NCBI GenBank assembly: GCA_041489155.1
Contig: JBGPQP010000004.1
Coordinates: forward strand, 31,030 to 95,029
DNA length: 64,000 nt
From: Candidatus Aenigmatarchaeota archaeon
GTDB taxonomy: Archaea > Aenigmatarchaeota > Aenigmatarchaeia > QMZP01 > QMZT01
Direction: 5' to 3'
Part shown: piece by piece, positions 18,744 through 28,136 of the stretch
Position numbering within the stretch: position 1 is the first letter of the stretch
Layout: the number at the start of each line of letters is the position of its first letter
Position numbers and translations under genes: made by a program
Notes under the pieces: model-generated
What the model was told of the DNA's origin: nothing
Seen by the model: the letters and a program-made list of their open reading frames with translations, nothing else
The model's database searches: none

Positions 18744-19511
18744 TCACACGCTCTCGCTCTTTTCGAAGAAATACGCTCCAAGGAAGATCATGACCGCGGA
18801 GAAACCCAGCAAAACAGCGAGATCGGTCATAATGCCGAACGCAGAGAAGCCGATCAGAGAAGCGCGCATGCCGTCGATGCCGTATGTCAGCGGGTCTATG
18901 AATGATATCACTTTTATGAAAGCGGGCAGGTTGTCAAGAGGGAACAGCGCACCTGACAGGAAGAACAGCGGGAAAATCACGAAGTTCATTATCAGGTTGA
19001 AGCCCTGCATGTCGCGCATCTTCGAGGCGAAGACCAGGCCCAGGCCTATGAATGTCGTCGCTATCAGCAGCATGAACACGACTGCTGTAAGGAATGCAAG
19101 AATGCCGGGCACCCTGAAGCCTATTACCATGGATATCAGGAGAATCAAAACGCCCTGGATAAGAGCGGTGGTCGCGCCGCCCGCTATCCTGCCCAGCACG
19201 ATGGAAACCCTGTTGACCGGCGCAATCATTATTTCCTTGAGGAAGCCGAACTCCCTGTCCCATAAAACCGAGATGCCTGCGAACATCGAGGTGAAGAGCA
19301 TGCCCATGCCGACTATGCCGGGCACGAGGAAGCTTATGTAGCTCACTCCCCCGCTAAGTCCGGGAATTGCCATGCCCGAGAAGCCCATGCCCATGAACGA
19401 CAGGAACAGCAGCGGCATCGCGAGCATGCCTATTATCCTGGATTTAGCCCTTACAAATCTCTTCATTTCCCTGAGCCACAAAACATAAATCGCGTTAGGG
19501 TTTACCAACAT
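18744..19511 (-). CDS. ABC-2 type transporter permease
   Basis: WDREFGFLKE, FLSGALFP, PLTYGID. Confidence 0.92.
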   Translation of the reverse strand: MLVNPNAIYVLWLREMKRFVRAKSRIIGMLAMPLLFLSFMGMGFSGMAIPGLSGGVSYISFLVPGIVGMGMLFTSMFAGISVLWDREFGFLKEIMIAPVNRVSIVLGRIAGGATTALIQGVLILLISMVIGFRVPGILAFLTAVVFMLLIATTFIGLGLVFASKMRDMQGFNLIMNFVIFPLFFLSGALFPLDNLPAFIKVISFIDPLTYGIDGMRASLIGFSAFGIMTDLAVLLGFSAVMIFLGAYFFEKSESV

Positions 19512-19527
19512 AATATCAATCCCCGAA

Positions 19528-20535
19528 TCACATGCCACGCCCGGCTCTCCTTCTCATCATCTCCCTGCCGAACTCGCCCTGGGATGATTCGTGCTCCCTG
19601 ATGGTCTTGCCCGTGAAGTGCAGGAATACGTCTTCGAGGCTCGGCCTGTGCAGGTCGACCGAGCGGATGTTTACGCCCATTTTCGGTGCGTTGCAGACAA
19701 GCTCCGGAATTCTTTTCTCACCATGGTCCATGGTGAGGCAAAGTTCGCCGTCATGCATTTTCGCGTTCTTTATCCACTTGAGCGCCTTCACATATTTCAT
19801 GTATTTTTCCATGTTGCCCTCGATTTCCAAGCACACTACGTCGCCTCCAAGAACGTCTTTAAGTTTTTTCGGCGTGTCGAGTGCGACGATCTTGCCCCGG
19901 TCGATTATCGCTATCCTGTCACAAAGGTAATCCGCTTCCTCCATGTAATGTGTTGTGAGTATGATGGTGACATGCGCTTCCTTGTTCAGCTTTTTTATGT
20001 ATTCCCAGATGTGCCTTCTCGTCTGGGCATCGAGGCCGAGCGTCGGCTCGTCGAGGAAAAGGACCTTCGGCCTGTGTATCAAGCCACGCGCGATTTCCAG
20101 GCGGCGCTTCATGCCGCCGGAATATTTCTCCACAAGCATGTTCGCCTTGTCCGTGAGTTCAACAAGCGCCAAGACCTCATCTATCATCTTCCTTCGCTCG
20201 TCAGTCGCCATGCCGTACATCATGCCGTGGAACTCGAGGTTCTCCCTGCCGGTCAATTTGTTGTCAAGCGCCGGGTCCTGGAAGACAATGCCTATGCTAT
20301 TCCTGACATCGTTGGTGCTTTTCGTGACGTCAAAGCCGGCGACCTCGGCATAGCCCGACGTCGTCCTAAGAAGCGTTGAGAGGATGTTTATAGTCGTGGT
20401 CTTTCCGGCTCCGTTAGGTCCCAGCAGGCCGAAAAGCTCGCCGTTCTCGACAGCGAAGGATATGCCGTCGACTGCCGTGAAACCGTTGAACTTCTTTACC
20501 AGGTTATCTACTTTTATTGCCGGCATAGGCATCAC
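19528..20535 (-). CDS. ABC transporter ATP-binding protein (DrrA-like)
   Basis: GPNGAGKT, YSGGM, LDEPT, TTHYM. Confidence 0.95.
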   Translation of the reverse strand: MMPMPAIKVDNLVKKFNGFTAVDGISFAVENGELFGLLGPNGAGKTTTINILSTLLRTTSGYAEVAGFDVTKSTNDVRNSIGIVFQDPALDNKLTGRENLEFHGMMYGMATDERRKMIDEVLALVELTDKANMLVEKYSGGMKRRLEIARGLIHRPKVLFLDEPTLGLDAQTRRHIWEYIKKLNKEAHVTIILTTHYMEEADYLCDRIAIIDRGKIVALDTPKKLKDVLGGDVVCLEIEGNMEKYMKYVKALKWIKNAKMHDGELCLTMDHGEKRIPELVCNAPKMGVNIRSVDLHRPSLEDVFLHFTGKTIREHESSQGEFGREMMRRRAGRGM

Positions 20536-20603
20536 TTAGCATGTTAAAGAAAATTAAATGCCTTAACAGGTTTAAATAGGTTTTATACTTCTAAAGAAAG
20601 GCA

Positions 20604-21089
20604 TCATACGCTCCCGAAGAGCGAGTATATCAAATCCCCTGCAAAGTGAGCCGCTATTATCACGAGAACAGCGACCATGAGATGCTCAGTGATGACGCCC
20701 CACCTTTTTTTGCTGCCGCCTGCAATCTTGAAGTTCAGGCCGGTCAAAAGGGAAATGCCCCACAGTATGCTTACCCACATTGCAACATCCAGCTCAAACA
20801 GCAAAACAGGAACTACGAAAGTTGAAGCCACGAAGAGCTTGGACAGGAATGTGTAAAGAGTCGATTCCCATATCTCCCTTGACGAATGCGTGTTTTCCGA
20901 CTCTTCGGAAATGTGGATGCCGAGCGCATCGGAAAAAGCGTCGGCTATCGCTATGGTAAGTATGCCGCCGAGCACAGCGAGTTGCGAATGCGTCCCCGAA
21001 TTCAGCCCGATCATAAGGCCAAGGGTGGTGATTATGCCGGAGGTCGTGCCGAAACTGAAGCCGACTTTTTTGGAGTGCTTCATGAACAA
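20604..21089 (-). CDS. VIT1/CCC1-family membrane protein
   Basis: FGTTSGIITTLG, IADAFSDALGIHISEE. Confidence 0.85.
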   Translation of the reverse strand: MFMKHSKKVGFSFGTTSGIITTLGLMIGLNSGTHSQLAVLGGILTIAIADAFSDALGIHISEESENTHSSREIWESTLYTFLSKLFVASTFVVPVLLFELDVAMWVSILWGISLLTGLNFKIAGGSKKRWGVITEHLMVAVLVIIAAHFAGDLIYSLFGSV

Positions 21090-21201
21090 AAAGTTAGTCT
21101 GCCGTGCTTAAAAAGCTTTTTTCGGGAGGGAAAAAGAAAAAGATGGCGCAATTTCCCGGGATTGCTGCGCCCACTAATTATGAATTTGTTTTTTCAACAG
21201 C

Positions 21202-21288
21202 TCAGACCTCTTCTTCCTCGCTCTCTTCCACTTCAGTGTCTTCATCATCTTCTTCCACTAGCTTCTTCTTGGCCTTTTTCTTGTCCAT
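21202..21288 (-). CDS. Putative 28-aa basic/acidic micropeptide MDKKKAKKKLVEEDDEDTEVEESEEEEV
   Basis: GGAGG SD ~7 nt upstream, TATA near 21400, T-tract downstream; below the ORF-track cutoff. Confidence 0.55.
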   Translation of the reverse strand: MDKKKAKKKLVEEDDEDTEVEESEEEEV

Positions 21289-21521
21289 CGTCCCATCCTC
21301 CTTCTTTCTTAAAAGTCGCTCCAGTTATTGTCCTCTTTGCCCCCTGTTCTGTTCTACGGTGGTTCGCCCTTTGATGATTTCAATATACAGAACCAGAATA
21401 TAAAGCTTTCCTTTCGCTGCCACAGGAAAGTTAATATAAAGCTTTTGCGCAAATATAGAATTTAACCCGTATCGTTTTTTGCGCGCCAGCATTTTTATGG
21501 AGCCTCTCCCAATAGAAAATC

Positions 21522-22337
21522 ATGAAAATATTTCTCGGCCCTGCCGGAATACCTGTCACGGCGAAGGGCTCGTCTACCATCGACGGCATTAAGAGGGTCG
21601 CTGAGCTCGGGCTCAATGCAATGGAAATCGAGTTCGTTCGCGGAGTGCATATGGGCATTCCACTGGCGAAGCAGGCGGGAAAGGTAGCGAAGGATGAGGG
21701 CATTCTGCTCTCGATACACGCGCCCTATTACATCAACCTGTGCAACCCGGAAAAAGCCGACGCTTCGAAAAAACGCATACTCGACTCATGCGAGCGCGCG
21801 CACCATCTCGGCGCATGGGTCGTCGTCTTCCATCCGGGCTATTACGGCAACGCGAAAGAGAGGGCTTTCAATCTCGTCCTCGAAGCCTGCCATGAGATGA
21901 ACGACAGGATAAAGGCGAGCGGATGGGACGTGAAACTCGGCCTCGAGACGACAGGGAAGGTGTCGCAATTCGGCACGCTCGACGAGAACATCGCGATTCA
22001 TCACAAAATAAAAAATTGCATCCCCGCCGTCGACTTCTCGCACATCTTCGCCAGGAACGCCGGCAAAATCGACTTCGCCGAAGTGCTGGAAAAAATGGAG
22101 GCGCTCGGCCTCGCGTACCATCACTGCCATTTCTCAGGCATCGAGTACACGCCCAAAGGCGAGAGGCACCATCTTACCATCGACAGCAGGAAACCCGACT
22201 TCAGCCTCCTGGCCAAAAGCCTCGTGAAAAGCAGGCTGAAGGTGATAACCGTAATTTCGGAAAGCCCGGTGCTGGAGCAGGACTCTCTCAGGATGAGAAA
22301 TATACTGGAAGGAGCGGGATATCCATGGAAAAGGTGA
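21522..22337 (+). CDS. nfo: Endonuclease IV-like AP endonuclease
   Basis: HAPYYINL, FHPG, ETTGK, DFSH, HFSGI, ISESP. Confidence 0.9.
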   Translation: MKIFLGPAGIPVTAKGSSTIDGIKRVAELGLNAMEIEFVRGVHMGIPLAKQAGKVAKDEGILLSIHAPYYINLCNPEKADASKKRILDSCERAHHLGAWVVVFHPGYYGNAKERAFNLVLEACHEMNDRIKASGWDVKLGLETTGKVSQFGTLDENIAIHHKIKNCIPAVDFSHIFARNAGKIDFAEVLEKMEALGLAYHHCHFSGIEYTPKGERHHLTIDSRKPDFSLLAKSLVKSRLKVITVISESPVLEQDSLRMRNILEGAGYPWKR

Positions 22338-22759
22338 TTCGCATTTACACGGACGGAGCCTCGCGCGGCAACCCGGGACCGGGCGCGATAGCATACATAA
22401 TAACGGACGAAAGCGGCAACGTGCTCAGGCAGAGCGCGAAATTCATAGGTGCCTGCACCAACAACATCGCCGAGTACAGCGCCCTTATCTTGGCGCTGGA
22501 AGATGCGATGAAGCTTGGAAGCGAAGCCTTTTGCTTCTCTGACAGCGAGCTCGTGGTGAGCCAGCTGCAGGGGAAATACAAGGTAAAGAAAGGCCACATA
22601 AAGGAGCTTTTCGAAAGGGTGAAAACGATAGAAAAGAACTTCAGTAAAATCGAATACAACAGCGTCCGCAGAACAGATGCGATGATACGGAAGGCCGACG
22701 ATATGGTGAACGCAGTTCTGGACAATGTTGAAAAACTGCAGGCAATAAAGAGAAAATAA
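22325..22759 (+). CDS. rnhA: Ribonuclease HI
   Basis: YTDGASRGNPG, TNNIAEY, SDSELVV. Confidence 0.92.
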   Translation: MEKVIRIYTDGASRGNPGPGAIAYIITDESGNVLRQSAKFIGACTNNIAEYSALILALEDAMKLGSEAFCFSDSELVVSQLQGKYKVKKGHIKELFERVKTIEKNFSKIEYNSVRRTDAMIRKADDMVNAVLDNVEKLQAIKRK

Positions 22760-22769
22760 TTTCTAAAAT

Positions 22770-23453
22770 TTACTTCTCCACCAGCATTGCGTCATCGATT
22801 ATGTAGAAGCCTCTTGCGCCGTCCCATTCCTTGTGCGCCCGCAGGATGCGGATTTTCTTTTTCATAATCGGCGCATCCAGCACGAAGGATTCGTATTCGC
22901 CGCCCTCGCCACCGATGTGTATGCCGTGCTTCTTCTGCAGTTTTTCAAGGTCTTCGACGGTTTCGTGATTTATCTTTCTGCCAAGCCATTTTGGATCGAG
23001 GCCCTCGGCTGCGACGGCGGTTATTATGACAACGAAGCCGGAAACTATCATTTCCTCGAGGTAGTCTTTCATGCCGCGGTTCCAGTGCGGTGAAATCGAC
23101 TTGAAGCCGAGCTCCCTGCACACGTTGTCTATCCTCGTCCTCTGATATCTGCTCGCAAGGGCGCCTGAAACCACGCCGTCTATCTCGTTTTTAAGCGATG
23201 CAAGAACATCCCTGAGATCTTCCATTTCCCTGCCCTCCTCGCCTGACGTCTCCTTGATTATCAGCGGGATGCCCATCGCCTCGGAATGCAGTTTCGTCCA
23301 TTCTATGTTGGGATGATGGAACATATAAGAGTCCCTGTTCTTGGGATCGAGGGTCACCAAGAATTTGACGTGCAAACCCATGTTCATGGCTTTGTATATG
23401 GCGAAGGTCGAATCCTTCGCGCCCGAAAAAAGCACTGCCACGTTTTTCGGCAT
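22770..23453 (-). CDS. Diphthine--ammonia ligase family PP-loop ATPase
   Basis: SGAKDS, SYMFH, GEGGEYES. Confidence 0.9.
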   Translation of the reverse strand: MPKNVAVLFSGAKDSTFAIYKAMNMGLHVKFLVTLDPKNRDSYMFHHPNIEWTKLHSEAMGIPLIIKETSGEEGREMEDLRDVLASLKNEIDGVVSGALASRYQRTRIDNVCRELGFKSISPHWNRGMKDYLEEMIVSGFVVIITAVAAEGLDPKWLGRKINHETVEDLEKLQKKHGIHIGGEGGEYESFVLDAPIMKKKIRILRAHKEWDGARGFYIIDDAMLVEK

Positions 23454-23548
23454 AATTATCCCGGTCCCTCTTTAATCATTCTGGTAAAGATAGTATTAAA
23501 CTTTTGGTTAAATAAAAACATTTTGCTTCTCAGGATGTTTTCATTGCA

Positions 23549-24310
23549 TCAGAAAAGATCCTTCAGCTCGCCGAGGAACGTTCCGTCAAGAAGGTAAATT
23601 TTCGATGTCTTCATTTTCGCGGACCTGAAAAGCGGGCTGAGGCCGTGATACCTGTCAATTTTTTCGACCGGCATGTTCATCGATATCCCTCCGGAGAGCC
23701 TGTTGAAAACAGGGACTACTATCAGCTCCGGGAGGTTCGCAGGCAGTTTCCTGTATTTCTTTTTCAGCTTCTCCCTGTCGAATTCCATGCGCATCCAGAC
23801 AGGCTCGGTGTAACGATATCCAAGCGGGTCGCGGAATTCTATCTGCGGGTGCTCGTGGCCGATGAAGACGTATTTTTTGCCGAGGAAGTCTGCCGGCGGC
23901 CAGGCATGGCCATGGGTGAAATAGCATTCCTTTGCGGAGAAGCCGATGCCTGGATGCAGGCGGATGTTTGCCGGGACGAATTCCTTCAGGCTCGCATCAT
24001 GGTTTCCATGCACGACCTCTACGCTGATTTTGTTCCCCAGCGCATAAAGGAAATCAGGGATCTCGCGCAACTCCTGCCTCGTAACGCCGGGAACCTTGTG
24101 TTTCACGTCGCCGAGTATGACCAGCCTTTTTGCCTTCGTGCGGCCGATGAGGGCCTCGATTTCCCTACGCATGCCTTCCATGTGCGAAGGGATTTTTATG
24201 CCGGATTTGTAGAAGTCGAATTCGACCCCGAGATGCAGGTCGGCGATGACGAGCGTATCGCCTACCAAAACCGCAGGATGGCTGGTGACGAATTTAGGCT
24301 CCATGGTCAT
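23549..24310 (-). CDS. Metallophosphoesterase (ICC-like)
   Basis: ADLHLG, LGDVKH, GNHD, HGH, GHEHP. Confidence 0.9.
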   Translation of the reverse strand: MTMEPKFVTSHPAVLVGDTLVIADLHLGVEFDFYKSGIKIPSHMEGMRREIEALIGRTKAKRLVILGDVKHKVPGVTRQELREIPDFLYALGNKISVEVVHGNHDASLKEFVPANIRLHPGIGFSAKECYFTHGHAWPPADFLGKKYVFIGHEHPQIEFRDPLGYRYTEPVWMRMEFDREKLKKKYRKLPANLPELIVVPVFNRLSGGISMNMPVEKIDRYHGLSPLFRSAKMKTSKIYLLDGTFLGELKDLF

Positions 24311-24354
24311 CTATTCGCGGTTGGTTTTTAAAATATGACTACAAAAATAAAGCG

Positions 24355-25284
24355 ATGTCCAGAGAAAAGGAACTGAAGGAAGAGGTCGAAGCCGCGAGGA
24401 AAAAACTCCGCGAGGAAATAAAAGCGAAGGAAAGGGAGGCGGACGAGAGGCTCGACGCGCTGCTTTCGCCAAAGAAAATGGAATTCTGCCCGCGCTGCGG
24501 CAGGAAGATAAATTCACGTTCTGAATGGGGAGGCCGCTGTCTCCACGACGGCTGCGAGGCAATGGTTTGCATCGAATGCTGGGCATCCGAGGAAAAGCGC
24601 TTCTGCGGCAAACACTCTGGCGATTTCGTCAGAAAGGAAGAGCCCACCGAAGATGAGGTGAAAAGCCTCACGCTGAATTACATGGAATTCATAGAGCAGC
24701 GCATGAAAAAACACGGCCTCGACTGGACGCCGGAAGGCTTCATCAGAAAAAGCAAAACCGGAACCAGGAAGAAAAAATACAGGGATTTCGAGATGATGGT
24801 TTATGAAAAGCATCTTTTCTCGAAAAGGCCGAGACTCGGCATCATAGTCAAGCCTGTTTCCCCTTCGGCGGAAGCGGATGCGAATGACATCATAGAAAGC
24901 ACGGGGGAAGGGATGCATGCAGTTATAGTTTTCGTTGGCAGCGCCAGTTCCGTGACAACCAAGCTGAGAAAATTCGCCGAGGAATTTTCCAACAAAAAGG
25001 TTTCGCTTTTCATGGCTGACATGGAAAACGGGGATGTGCATTTCAACCGGAAGGAAAAAATAACAGAGAAATATTCTTACTGGTTCGACCCGACAAAAAC
25101 GCCGCTGAAATTCGCTGACATCCTGAAAGCCTTTTCCGAAAGCGTTGCCGGCAGGAGAATAGTTTCCGTGAAGGACTTCGCCGGCGGCATGGGTCTCGGA
25201 AAAGACGAGGCTGCAAGCATTCTCAGGAAGAGCGGCCTGCTGGAAGAGGTGAAGGGCGCTGATTCTTACATATTGAAGGAATGA
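24355..25284 (+). CDS. Hypothetical protein with Cys/His zinc-finger, alpha/beta domain and C-terminal wHTH-like region
   Basis: CPRC...C...C...CIEC...CGKH. Confidence 0.75.
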   Translation: MSREKELKEEVEAARKKLREEIKAKEREADERLDALLSPKKMEFCPRCGRKINSRSEWGGRCLHDGCEAMVCIECWASEEKRFCGKHSGDFVRKEEPTEDEVKSLTLNYMEFIEQRMKKHGLDWTPEGFIRKSKTGTRKKKYRDFEMMVYEKHLFSKRPRLGIIVKPVSPSAEADANDIIESTGEGMHAVIVFVGSASSVTTKLRKFAEEFSNKKVSLFMADMENGDVHFNRKEKITEKYSYWFDPTKTPLKFADILKAFSESVAGRRIVSVKDFAGGMGLGKDEAASILRKSGLLEEVKGADSYILKE

Positions 25285-25343
25285 GGCCGGCGGAAGAAAC
25301 TTATAAATTAGGAATTGCTCTAATATGGATATAACCCGGGTCA

Positions 25344-25463
<120 letters not shown>

Positions 25464-25485
25464 TTCATGCTCAGGAGGTCTTTAC

Positions 25486-26184
25486 ATGCAGCAGGGAGAT
25501 TTCGTTGAAATCGAGTATGTAGGGAAGGTAAAGCTTACAGGGGAAATATTCGACCTCACTTCGGAGGATACCGCAAAAAAGGAGAAGATATACAATCCGA
25601 ACGCCCCATACGGGCCTGCGCTTGTGGTGATGGGCTCGAACATGGTGATAAACGGCGTGATGCGCGAGCTGGAGAAAATGGAGGTCGGCGAAGAAAGGCA
25701 GTTCGAGGTTTCGCCGCAGGACGGCTTCGGAACGCGCGATCCTCGGTTGATAAAAATTATCCCCATGTCAAAATTCATAGAGAACAAAATCAACCCAGTC
25801 CCTGGCACTTATTTTGACATCGACGGCATCCAGGCAAAGGTGCAGAGCATCTCAGGCGGCAGGGTGCGCGTGGATTTCAACAACCCGCTCGCCGGCAAGG
25901 CCCTGAATTACAGCGTTAAAATAACAAGAAAAATCGACGGCGCCAAGGAAAGGATAGAAGCCCTTCTGAAATATTATAGGGTGGATTTCTCTCACGTAGT
26001 GGTCGGCGAAAGGGAAGTTGATATCAAGGCGAAGAACGCCATCAACCCTCTTGCAAAAAAAATCGTCAGCGACATGGTCACGAAGTGGGTAAAGGGTATG
26101 GAGAAGGTCGAATTCAAAGAGGAAATTGGAAATAAAAAAGCAGACAGCGACGAAGCGGAAAATTCTGGAAATAAAAAAGTTTAA
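25486..26184 (+). CDS. FKBP-type peptidyl-prolyl isomerase (long archaeal type)
   Basis: GDFVEIEYVG, FDLT, RVRVDFNNPLAGK. Confidence 0.92.
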   Translation: MQQGDFVEIEYVGKVKLTGEIFDLTSEDTAKKEKIYNPNAPYGPALVVMGSNMVINGVMRELEKMEVGEERQFEVSPQDGFGTRDPRLIKIIPMSKFIENKINPVPGTYFDIDGIQAKVQSISGGRVRVDFNNPLAGKALNYSVKITRKIDGAKERIEALLKYYRVDFSHVVVGEREVDIKAKNAINPLAKKIVSDMVTKWVKGMEKVEFKEEIGNKKADSDEAENSGNKKV

Positions 26185-26254
26185 ATAACTTATATACATA
26201 ACTTCTTTATAATTGCAGCAAGTTATGTTTCGCAATTTGTAAAGGAGGGATATT

Positions 26255-27364
26255 ATGGGCGTCAGAAGCGTTGATATTAAGGATGAAATAAAAGAGGTCG
26301 TGAAGAGGAAACAGCACCCTGAGGTCGACGAGGAACTCAGGAAGATTCTTGAGTCCAAGAAGGCCGAGATCAAGGTCATAGGAGTCGGAGGCGCAGGAGG
26401 CAACACCATCTCGCGCATGACGCAGGTGGGCATAATCGGCGCCGAGACTATCGCGATGAACACCGACGCCCAGGACCTGCTTTATACTGATGCTGACACC
26501 AAGGTCCTCATAGGCAGGGAACTTACCGGAGGCCTTGGAGCAGGCGCCGACCCGAAGGTCGGGACGGAAGCCGCGAAAGAGTCGAAAGAAGACATCAAGA
26601 AAGCGCTGGAAGGCGCCGACATGGTGTTCGTGACCTGCGGCCTTGGCGGCGGAACCGGGACCGGCGCAGCGCCGATAATCGCGGACATCGCGAAGAAAAC
26701 CGGCGCGCTAACCGTGGGCGTTGTCACGCTTCCGTTCGGGATGGAAGGCAAGCAGAGGATGAGGAACGCGCAGGACGGCCTTGAAAATCTGCAGTCCATT
26801 GCCGACACCCTCATAATCATACCCAACGACAAGCTGCTTGAAATCGTCCCTGACGTATCGATAACCACGGCGTTCAAAGTCGCTGATGAGATACTTGTAA
26901 ACTCGGTCAAGGGCATAACGGAACTCGTCACCAAGCCCGGCCTTGTTAACCTCGACTTCGCGGACGTCCGCGCGGTGATGGGTGCAGGCGGCCTTGCCAT
27001 GATAGGCATGGGCGAGAGCGACACGGAGAACCGCGCGCTTGAATCCGTCGAGAAGTCGCTGAACAATCCGCTGCTTGACGTGAGCATAGAAGGCGCTTCT
27101 GGCGCCCTGATAAACGTCGCCGGCGGCGAGGACATAACCATAAAGGAATGCCAAGAAATCGTGGAGGCCGTCACGACCAAGCTCAACCCGGACGCGAAGA
27201 TAATCTGGGGAGCGCAGATCGTTAAGGAGCTCGGCGACACCATAAGGGCGATGCTGATAGTGACCGGAGTGAAATCCTCGCAGGTTTTCATGACCGAGAA
27301 GAAATTCACTTCAGCGAAGCAGAAAGAGATAGAAAGGGTTCTCGGGATAGACTTCGTGGAATAA
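26255..27364 (+). CDS. ftsZ: Cell division protein FtsZ (FtsZ1)
   Basis: GVGGAGGN, GLGGGTGTG, NLDFAD; precedes secE-spt5. Confidence 0.97.
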   Translation: MGVRSVDIKDEIKEVVKRKQHPEVDEELRKILESKKAEIKVIGVGGAGGNTISRMTQVGIIGAETIAMNTDAQDLLYTDADTKVLIGRELTGGLGAGADPKVGTEAAKESKEDIKKALEGADMVFVTCGLGGGTGTGAAPIIADIAKKTGALTVGVVTLPFGMEGKQRMRNAQDGLENLQSIADTLIIIPNDKLLEIVPDVSITTAFKVADEILVNSVKGITELVTKPGLVNLDFADVRAVMGAGGLAMIGMGESDTENRALESVEKSLNNPLLDVSIEGASGALINVAGGEDITIKECQEIVEAVTTKLNPDAKIIWGAQIVKELGDTIRAMLIVTGVKSSQVFMTEKKFTSAKQKEIERVLGIDFVE

Positions 27365-27461
27365 GACCGCGAGACGAGACCCTTGCCTTACCTTTTTAAG
27401 GTAATTTATTTAAACAACGTATATTATACAGATTATAATACAGGCAGGTCAAGGTCCAAGC

Positions 27462-27644
27462 ATGGGATTAAAAGAAGCGGTAGGGAACTGGAAGAGGGTG
27501 ATTCAGGTAGCCAGGAAACCGAACAGGTTTGAGTTCACCTCCACGAGCAAGATATGCGCAGTGGGCCTGGTCCTGATAGGCTTTATCGGCTTCGTTATTT
27601 TCATGGCCGCGATTGTAATGTGCTGGGGAGGCTTCTGCTTATGA
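27462..27644 (+). CDS. secE: Protein translocase SecE/Sec61-gamma
   Basis: RVIQVARKP...EF...GFIGF. Confidence 0.92.
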   Translation: MGLKEAVGNWKRVIQVARKPNRFEFTSTSKICAVGLVLIGFIGFVIFMAAIVMCWGGFCL

Positions 27645-28102
27645 CCATATACACCATCCGCACGACTTCGGGAAGGGAGCAGATAGTAATAGACATGATA
27701 ACCAACAAGATAAGGGCCGACAACATCCGCATAAAGAGCATCGCCCATCCCGGCGAGCTGAAAGGTTACATCTTCATCGAGGGCCCTGAAGGCGAGGTCA
27801 GGAAGGCGACGCAGGGCATAATGCACATAAAGGGCATAATAGAAAAGCCTGTCATGCTTTCTGAAATACAGCAGTTCTTCGAGACCAAGAAAACGAAGAT
27901 CGTCGTCAGCGAGGGCGATATCGTCGAAATAGTGGGCGGGCCCTTCAAGGGCGAGAAAGGCAGAGTGCAGAGAATCGACAAAGTCAAGGACGAGATAACC
28001 GTCGAGCTGCTCGAGGCGAGCATCCCGATTCCCGTAACCATTTCGGTCGAGCTTCTGAAGCTGGTGAAAAGGGAGAAACCGGAAACTCAAAGCACGCTTT
28101 AA
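27641..28102 (+). CDS. spt5: Transcription elongation factor Spt5/NusG
   Basis: RTTSGRE, LKGYIFIE, KOW motif GPFKGEKG. Confidence 0.95.
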   Translation: MTIYTIRTTSGREQIVIDMITNKIRADNIRIKSIAHPGELKGYIFIEGPEGEVRKATQGIMHIKGIIEKPVMLSEIQQFFETKKTKIVVSEGDIVEIVGGPFKGEKGRVQRIDKVKDEITVELLEASIPIPVTISVELLKLVKREKPETQSTL

Positions 28103-28136
28103 AATCAATGTTTTTAATGATTTGAGTGAGTTTGCC

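Noticed and set aside
21104..21403. Ser-rich 99-aa ORF, and an eL41-like reading on the minus strand
   Set aside because: The Ser-rich ORF is the antisense of a purine-rich tract. The Arg/Lys frame has an internal stop and lacks the eL41 pattern.
27362..27400. GCGAGAC downstream of both ftsZ genes
   Set aside because: A 7-nt match is too short to support a shared element.
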